Assembly (NCBI GenBank): GCA_965220375.1
Contig: OZ244824.1
Coordinates: 776,406 to 840,405 of the forward strand
Length of the DNA: 64,000 bases
From: Dehalococcoidia bacterium
GTDB lineage: Bacteria > Chloroflexota > Dehalococcoidia > Lucifugimonadales > JAGWBF01
Direction of reading: 5' to 3'
Below the pieces are notes generated by a model. That model ran no database searches. It was not told where the DNA came from and saw only the letters and a list, made by a program, of their open reading frames with translations. Both the position numbers and the translations under genes were made by a program. Each line of letters opens with the position of its first letter. Position 1 is the first letter of the stretch. This document shows positions 58,416-64,000 of this stretch, piece by piece.

Positions 58416-58534
58416 GGAAGGGCTGCCTCTTTAGCTCGGCGATAGGCAACTTCCGGTTACCCGAAGAGGGTTACAGGACATCGTAACACAGGACACCTGG
58501 GCCAACAACGGAGGGGGCGGGGCCTTGGGGACTG

Positions 58535-58852
58535 CTAGGCGTTAAGGAGGGTGGAAGCTGGTCGAATATCGGCAGTGAGGGCGGGCCTTTGACCGGCCAG
58601 TTTTCGGAAGTCGCACTCTACCTGTATGCCATGCCAAAACTGGTCAGATTGGCCGAAGAAGACGCCGAAGCGGATGGACATAGTGGGGGTTATGGAGCGC
58701 CTGCCCAGGACAATTTCGTTTATAGCGCGGGGTGCTACGCCAATGGCCCCCGCCATGGCATTTTGCGAAATGTCCATGGGTTTGAGGTACTCTTCCAAGA
58801 GAATCTCGCCGGGTGTGATGTGATCAGGCATGCGTATATCGTATAACGTCAT
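58535..58852 (-). CDS. higA: HigA-family antitoxin (XRE helix-turn-helix)
   Basis: [44 protein letters not shown] is the canonical HigA N-terminus. It lies downstream of the toxin gene. Confidence 0.8.
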   Translation of the reverse strand: MTLYDIRMPDHITPGEILLEEYLKPMDISQNAMAGAIGVAPRAINEIVLGRRSITPTMSIRFGVFFGQSDQFWHGIQVECDFRKLAGQRPALTADIRPASTLLNA

Positions 58853-58863
58853 AGGTTAATTTG

Positions 58864-59142
58864 TCAATGATAGTCCACGATAGCTACCATCTCTGGTCCC
58901 GAGTCGGTCCAACGAAATACGATACGCCACTGGTTGTTGACTCGTATGGAATGGAACCCCGACATTCTACCGGTGAGGGCTTCCAGACGGTTGCCAGGGG
59001 GCACGGCCAAGTCGCTGAGGGTAGCAGCTTGGTTCATCTGGATCAACTTTCTAAGCGCCACCCGCGCCACTGCAACAAAGCGGCGGCTGCTCTCCGAGTG
59101 AAACAGCTCCTGGGTATCTCTATCTCCAAAAGATTGGATCAC
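58864..59142 (-). CDS. higB: HigB-type (RelE-fold) toxin, plasmid maintenance system killer family
   Basis: 92 aa. [36 protein letters not shown] is the typical HigB pattern. Confidence 0.8.
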   Translation of the reverse strand: MIQSFGDRDTQELFHSESSRRFVAVARVALRKLIQMNQAATLSDLAVPPGNRLEALTGRMSGFHSIRVNNQWRIVFRWTDSGPEMVAIVDYH

Positions 59143-59308
59143 AGGATCGACCCGGTAGAGCTAGCTCTTAATTTGATGGATGTTTCTGTTTCATGAGGAA
59201 AGTTAAAAGATGCCTTCACCTACTGGATGGGGACGGGCCTCACACAGGGGAGTTGGCAAAGAAGACCGCGCAGTTGAGGCTCTTGGGCCACCTGCCTCGC
59301 TCTTGGCC

Positions 59309-60766
59309 TCAGGAATGGGTGAAGTCCTTCAGCTGGGCCATTAGGTACTCCATGGATTGAGAGCCTTTGATCTTGTTGCAGTGGCCGCACAAGAGCTGCA
59401 GGTTCGCTATATGGTGCGACCCGCCCTTGGACTGCGGGACGATATGGTCAACCTCGAACAGCTTGAAGGGGAAATCACCCTTGCAGCCCGCACATAGCCC
59501 TTCCTGCTGGCCAAAGAGTATGTGCTTGTTTTCCTTGTATGGCTTTGGCTTGTCGATGTCTGTGCGCTGGGGGATGTCCGTTCGGACAGTCACATAGCTA
59601 TGGTGGAACAGGCTCCCCATGGTTTCTTGAAGACGGAAATTGACCAGTTCAACAGCCTTGGGAGAGATGTCGATGCCCACCCACTTACGTCCCAGCTTGT
59701 CAGCAGCTACGCAGGCGGTGGCGCACCCGCAGAAAGGGTCGAGGACGATATCGCCTTCGTTGGAACTGGCCTTGATGATCCGTTCCAAGAGAGCCAACGG
59801 TTTCTGAGTGGGATATCCAAGGTGCTCCTTTGAGCGATTGTTGACATTTTGAACATCTCCGAGGAAGTCAGACACTGCTTCGCCTTTGGAGGCAGCGAGA
59901 TAACGTTTCAGACGGGGGTATCCTTTCAGCGTCCAGTCAATTAACCCCGCGCTGGAAAGCGCATCCAACCGGGCATGAACACTCTCTATGGATGTGTATC
60001 CAGGAATCAGGTTGTCATCAATCCACTGGGCATAGCCCCCCTTCTTGGGAACACTCCAACACCGGCCGCTTTGGCCAGGGTCGTAGCCCTGCCAAGGCTC
60101 ACCAGACGCCCCGCTAGACAACCCGGGTCCGGTCAAGTTGTCCACTCTGAATCGCCCCTTCTCGTCTGTGTGCCGGTAGTCCCGCGCGACATAGGATTCA
60201 CCAAGTTCCAGGAATTGGGTGTTCCATGTGTTTCCCTCTGGGGCATAGAAAAGCAGACGGTCTGACACCCTAGCGAACCGCTTTGCGTCGCTGTGGGCGC
60301 TGGTTCGTTTCCACACAACTTCATTGCGAAAACTACCCTCTCCAAGAATTGCATCCATTAGCAGCTTCAGATAGTGACTAGCTGTGGGATCGCAATGAAG
60401 ATAGATGCTGCCTGTGGACTTGAGGACCCGGTGCATCTCCATCAACCGCACAGCCATCATGGTCAGATAGGACTGCATTCCCTTGCCATGAGTCATGCCG
60501 GCGGTTTTCAAGACATGGACAGTAGCAGGCTGCTCGTCGGCGATAAGGCCCATCCATGCGACGTCAAGGTCGGAAAGGGTCCAGGTATCCTTAAAGGCTG
60601 CACCAGCGGCCTTGCTGCCTACCGGGGCCGCGTAGTCCTGGTTGGAGTTGAAGGGCGGGTCCAGGTATATAAGGTCAACACACTCCGAGTTCATGCCCCG
60701 CAGAATGTCCAGGTTGTCCCCGGTCCAAATGGTCTTGTCAGTGAAGTTAGGCGTTCCGGCAGCCAT
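59309..60766 (-). CDS. DNA methyltransferase (N6-A/N4-C, beta class) fused to a C-terminal HNH nuclease domain
   Basis: Motif IV LIYLDPPFNS comes before motif I VLDPFCGCATACVAA (beta-class order). C-terminus: CAGCKGDF..EVDHIVPQSKGGSHHIANLQLLCGHCNKIKG. Confidence 0.85.
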   Translation of the reverse strand: MAAGTPNFTDKTIWTGDNLDILRGMNSECVDLIYLDPPFNSNQDYAAPVGSKAAGAAFKDTWTLSDLDVAWMGLIADEQPATVHVLKTAGMTHGKGMQSYLTMMAVRLMEMHRVLKSTGSIYLHCDPTASHYLKLLMDAILGEGSFRNEVVWKRTSAHSDAKRFARVSDRLLFYAPEGNTWNTQFLELGESYVARDYRHTDEKGRFRVDNLTGPGLSSGASGEPWQGYDPGQSGRCWSVPKKGGYAQWIDDNLIPGYTSIESVHARLDALSSAGLIDWTLKGYPRLKRYLAASKGEAVSDFLGDVQNVNNRSKEHLGYPTQKPLALLERIIKASSNEGDIVLDPFCGCATACVAADKLGRKWVGIDISPKAVELVNFRLQETMGSLFHHSYVTVRTDIPQRTDIDKPKPYKENKHILFGQQEGLCAGCKGDFPFKLFEVDHIVPQSKGGSHHIANLQLLCGHCNKIKGSQSMEYLMAQLKDFTHS

Positions 60767-60890
60767 ACTGCCCTCCTATTTGCCCCAGACCAACATCCGC
60801 CCTATACCAGCTATGCGATATCAGAGTGTAATCACTTTCTCTGCGCTCGTGTCAATGCTCTAGAGGCACGTACATAAACCTCGCCTCCCC

Positions 60891-61466
60891 CTACTCCTTA
60901 AGCGTAGCTGTGCCCAGGGTGCGGTAGTGGGCGCCTTGGGGGAGGAGGGTGCTGTGCACCAGGGATAGCTGGGACACCTGCCAAGGGATCTTGTCGAGCG
61001 GTGGGATGGCTTCGATAGCATCCCAGATACTCCGGCGCTCCGCCTCCGAAACACCCCTACGCACCCTTCCCAGGGTCAGGTGGGGCCTAAAGGGGCGCGC
61101 CTCCAAGGGCAGCCCTGCTCCCCGGTGCACCTCCTCATCCAGCTTCCCCTGGAGCTGGCCCAGGGTCTCCATCTCCCCCTCCAAGCCCAGCCACACGACC
61201 TGGGGCGACTTCCGGCTTGGAAAGCAACCCAGCCCCCCGGTGGACAGCCGGAAGGTGGACTCCCCCTCGCAGGTCCGACCCATGGCCTCAAGCACCGGCC
61301 CCACGCTATCTTCCCCGATCTCTCCCAGGAACTTGAGGGTCAGGTGTATGCCCTGAGGCTGGACCCAACGCAGCTCTCTCATCTCCATGCCCTGCACCTG
61401 GGACAGGGCCAGCGCCAGGCTTTCCCTTGCTTCGTCCGGTATGTCGGCGGCGATGAAGGTGCGCAA
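60891..61466 (-). CDS. thpR: RNA 2',3'-cyclic phosphodiesterase (2H phosphoesterase, LigT/ThpR)
   Basis: Two HxT/S motifs: HLTLKFLGE and HLTLGRV. Confidence 0.85.
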   Translation of the reverse strand: MRTFIAADIPDEARESLALALSQVQGMEMRELRWVQPQGIHLTLKFLGEIGEDSVGPVLEAMGRTCEGESTFRLSTGGLGCFPSRKSPQVVWLGLEGEMETLGQLQGKLDEEVHRGAGLPLEARPFRPHLTLGRVRRGVSEAERRSIWDAIEAIPPLDKIPWQVSQLSLVHSTLLPQGAHYRTLGTATLKE

Positions 61467-61486
61467 TACGACCTCTTCGGGAGTTT

Positions 61487-62326
61487 CTAAAGCTTCAGTA
61501 GGCGCTGGGCGTTCCCGCCCAGGATGCGCGCTTGGTGTTCGGGAGCAAGATGGGCCTCCTCAAGGTGCTCCAGGGAGCGTTTGTAGGAGAGCAGGGGATA
61601 GTCGGTGCCGAACAGGATGTGCCCGGACCCGGCCACATCCACAACGGTGGAATAGATGGCGGGCTGGTAGAGGAAGGGCGACGCTGCTGTATCTAAATAG
61701 ACGTTCTCCAGCTCGGCCGGGAGCTCGGGCATGAGGGAGTAGAGGGGAAGGCCGCCACCCCAGTGGGCGCAAACGAAAACGTTGTCGGGGAAGTCCCGTG
61801 CCATCTTGTACAGCAGGTCGGGTGTGGTGTGCCCCTTACCTGGATAGCCATGGCCCACCGGCTCCGAGCCATGCACCAGCACGGGCAGGCCCCGCTCCCC
61901 CGCCAGCTTCATCAGGGGCGCCAGAACCTCCCGGTCTGATACGTCGAAAACTTGGGAGTCGGCGTGCAGCTCTCCGATGCCCCGCAGTCCCGCTTCGGCG
62001 CATCGCTCCGCCTCCTCAACGGCGGCAGCGCCCCAAGCGGGGTTGACGGAGCAGAAGCCAATCAGCTTGGAAGAGTGCCTGCGCACCGACTCTATGATGT
62101 AGTCGTTGGCTTCCTGCGCCACCTGGGGGTGGGTCCAGCCCACGCCCATGACCACTGCCCGGTCTATCCCCGCCTCGTCCATGGATGCCGCCAGCTCTTC
62201 GGCGGTGGCCAGCTTGGCCTTGGGGCTGGAATAGAGGGCGGAAAATGTCGCATCCAGCTCAAGGTAACGCTGTCGTTCTTCTCGAAAGGAAGGGGGAAAT
62301 ATGTGGGTGTGGAAATCGATTATCAT
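61487..62326 (-). CDS. amidohydrolase_2-family metal-dependent hydrolase
   Basis: MIIDFHTHIFPP N-terminus. Start moved to ATG 62326, because the 69-codon N-terminal extension in the track has no support. Confidence 0.8.
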   Translation of the reverse strand: MIIDFHTHIFPPSFREERQRYLELDATFSALYSSPKAKLATAEELAASMDEAGIDRAVVMGVGWTHPQVAQEANDYIIESVRRHSSKLIGFCSVNPAWGAAAVEEAERCAEAGLRGIGELHADSQVFDVSDREVLAPLMKLAGERGLPVLVHGSEPVGHGYPGKGHTTPDLLYKMARDFPDNVFVCAHWGGGLPLYSLMPELPAELENVYLDTAASPFLYQPAIYSTVVDVAGSGHILFGTDYPLLSYKRSLEHLEEAHLAPEHQARILGGNAQRLLKL

Positions 62327-62423
62327 TGCCAGTAGGATTATATAACCGGCGGAACACATGAAGAAGCGATTCCTGCGGCCGGGGACTATGCCACTATCCC
62401 CATCCGGCGCTAAGGATAAGAAG

Positions 62424-62972
62424 ATGCTTGGACAGCGCGCTCCCGACTTCAGCCTGGACTCTGCCAGGGGCGGCCAGGTTGCCCTCGGCGATCTGCTGGG
62501 GCGTCGTGTCGTCCTGGTGTTTGCCCGGCACAATTGTTGACTGGCCAGCCGGGACCACCTGCTGCAGTTGCAGCAGCGCTACGGAGAGATCAGGGAGCTG
62601 GGTTCCGAGGTGGTCGTGGTCTCGCTGGAACCCCTGCACCGGCTGAAGAAGCAGGTGGAGCAGATGGGCCTGCCCTTCCTTATGCTCTCGGACCCTGAAT
62701 TGACGATTTACGCGGCATACGGCGTCCGTCGAGGCTCCTTCCGGGATGTGTTCAACGTGGGGGCCTCGCTTCAGTTCCTTAGACTGCTGTTGAAGGGAAG
62801 GTGGGGGGGGGGAGGGCACGGCGACATCATGCAGCTGGGAGGGGACTTCACCATCGACGAAGAGGGGACCCTGACCTACTCCCAGCCTGCCGCCCGATCC
62901 CAGGACCGGGCCGACGTGGACCTTCTCATCGAAGAGCTGAAGAAGGGGCGGATGCCCAATCCCACAGCCTGA
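62424..62972 (+). CDS. peroxiredoxin-like (AhpC/TSA, PRX_like2-type) protein with in-frame TGA at 62538-62540; candidate selenoprotein, alternatively a nonsense pseudogene
   Basis: Track ORFs 62358-62540 and 62568-62972 are in the same frame and separated only by one TGA. The joined sequence reads VVLVFARHNC-U-LASRDHL.., which places the TGA at the first Cys of the usual FyRGhWCPyC motif. The downstream piece otherwise starts at a TTG with no RBS. Confidence 0.6.
62559..62576 (+). promoter_or_regulatory. hairpin 18 nt downstream of the in-frame TGA (candidate bacterial SECIS)
   Basis: CTGCTGCA-GT-TGCAGCAG is a perfect 7-8 bp stem with G and U in the apical loop. The loop G is 29 nt from the U of UGA. 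Confidence 0.4.
62803..62812 (+). repeat. homopolymeric G10 tract inside the Prx-like CDS
   Basis: Counted directly: ten consecutive G encoding WGGGG. Confidence 0.9.
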
Positions 62973-62983
62973 CGGACCGGGCC
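62825..62983 (+). repeat. left copy of a ~155-bp imperfect direct repeat (functional 3-prime end of the Prx-like gene)
   Basis: Aligns by eye at roughly 85 percent identity with 63833-63980, including about 11 nt past the stop codon. Confidence 0.8.
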
Positions 62984-63005
62984 TAGAGTCGCCCACCCCT
63001 ATGCA

Positions 63006-63734
63006 CTACAAAGAGCGTCGGGAAGATAGCTCAGCAACGACTCCGAAATGGTCTGACAGCTTCCTCCCGCCGTGGAGGTTGCTTATCACGTCCACTGACT
63101 CCACTGTCAGGTCGTCACTTGAAACGATGTGGTCAATGCTCTTGCGTCCTTGGAAAGCGAGGGATGCGGTTGCGACCGTCATGCTTGGCGGGAAGGCCCC
63201 CTGGAGCGCCAATTGAAGTTCAGAGGGAGCGCGACTGCCTTGCCCAATAATCTGGTTGAAGTCCCCCATTACGATGAGGTGCTTCGCAGAAGCTCGCGCG
63301 AGAACCTCGGTGAGACCGCCCAAGTACTCTCGATGGTCTTCCCACTGCCTTCTGCGTTCCAACTTGCGTCTGGCTTCGGTCCGTGAGCCGAACCAGGGGA
63401 TGCAGATTCCAACAACTGTGACCGCGCCCAAGGATGTCTGAGTTACTCCAGACACGAACCGTCCGGGTGGCACCGAATTTACTCCTACGTCATCGATCTG
63501 CTCCCAGGGTTCCTTTGACCAGAGTATGACCTTCCTACGACCTTCCTTGATTGCATACCCATAGTAGGGTTGAGAACAGATCGTGTGCCCATGTCGCGAC
63601 AGCAGCCCGACGTGTGTCTCGGTGAGACAGACGACCTCGGGGGCATGTCGATCGATGCGGTGCAGGACTTCGGCCGTTCGACTCGAAGCAGGTGTAGCCC
63701 ACTCGACATTCCATGTGATCACTTTCAGCGACAT
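63006..63734 (-). CDS. endonuclease/exonuclease/phosphatase (EEP)-family protein
   Basis: EEP catalytic motifs WNVE, CLTE, GDFN, SIDHI and LSDH. Confidence 0.85.
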   Translation of the reverse strand: MSLKVITWNVEWATPASSRTAEVLHRIDRHAPEVVCLTETHVGLLSRHGHTICSQPYYGYAIKEGRRKVILWSKEPWEQIDDVGVNSVPPGRFVSGVTQTSLGAVTVVGICIPWFGSRTEARRKLERRRQWEDHREYLGGLTEVLARASAKHLIVMGDFNQIIGQGSRAPSELQLALQGAFPPSMTVATASLAFQGRKSIDHIVSSDDLTVESVDVISNLHGGRKLSDHFGVVAELSSRRSL

Positions 63735-63832
63735 GGCCTACCCTCTTCGCCTATGCTTGGGAACGCTGAGCGAAGCTACTCTGCGCTTAACCGTAGGGAC
63801 AAATGCGGTTGAGGCGCAGAGCCATCATGCAG

Positions 63833-63980
63833 ATGGGGGAGATCTCATCATCGACGAAGAAGGGACCCTGACCTACTCCCAGCCTGCACCCGGTTCCCAG
63901 GACCGGGCCGACGTGGACGTTCTCATGGAAGAGCTGAAGAAAGGGGGAATGCCCGATTCTGCGGATTGACGGGCCAGGCC
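63833..63980 (+). pseudogene. orphan 3-prime fragment of the Prx-like gene (right copy of the direct repeat)
   Basis: Encodes ..IIDEEGTLTYSQPAPGSQDRADVDVLMEELKKGGMPDSAD, compared with ..TIDEEGTLTYSQPAARSQDRADVDLLIEELKKGRMPNPTA in the intact gene. No N-terminal part is present. It carries a 1-nt indel relative to the left copy. Confidence 0.65.
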
Positions 63981-64000
63981 CGGCGCCGCCCTACTGGCCA

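Noticed and set aside
62358-62972. A frameshift or two independent small genes as the explanation for the split Prx-like ORFs.
   Set aside because: Both pieces are in the same frame with exactly one intervening TGA. The second piece begins at a TTG without an RBS. Only Sec read-through or a nonsense pseudogene remain, and both are stated in the finding.

Overview
This is a 64-kb chromosomal segment from a high-GC bacterium, densely coding on both strands. The housekeeping backbone is dnaE, polA, tsaD, a pyrB(+PyrI zinc domain)-carA-carB operon, pstSCA next to a PhoR/PhoB-type two-component pair, a copA copper-export operon, ogt, thpR and one tRNA-Asp(GTC). Around these sit many paralogous catabolic enzymes: six amidohydrolase-superfamily genes, two luciferase-like flavin/F420 oxidoreductases, an F420 reductase, an enolase-superfamily enzyme, an M24 peptidase, MmgE/PrpD, SDR and AKR. 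That profile fits Chloroflexota- or Actinomycetota-type metabolism, but I cannot assign a lineage without a database search. Intergenic DNA is packed with at least four families of short palindromic REP-like repeats. There are six accessory islets, all more AT-rich by eye. (1) A small basic ORF plus an HNH nuclease with six tandem CxxC..CxxC zinc-ribbon modules (565-2032). (2) A two-gene pair of unknown function (18282-19525). (3) An IS110-family element (30982-32230) inserted exactly inside a REP hairpin; its 286-nt 5-prime non-coding arm contains sequences matching both its target and its own ends, so it is a candidate bridge RNA. (4) An orphan gene splitting carA from carB. (5) higBA plus a DNA methyltransferase-HNH fusion (58535-60766). 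(6) A peroxiredoxin-like gene with one in-frame TGA at the catalytic Cys position and a downstream hairpin (candidate selenoprotein); its last ~155 bp are duplicated around a one-gene EEP-nuclease cassette (62825-63980). I saw no rRNA, CRISPR array or cas genes. Most long track ORFs lying antisense to the genes below are high-GC shadow ORFs.
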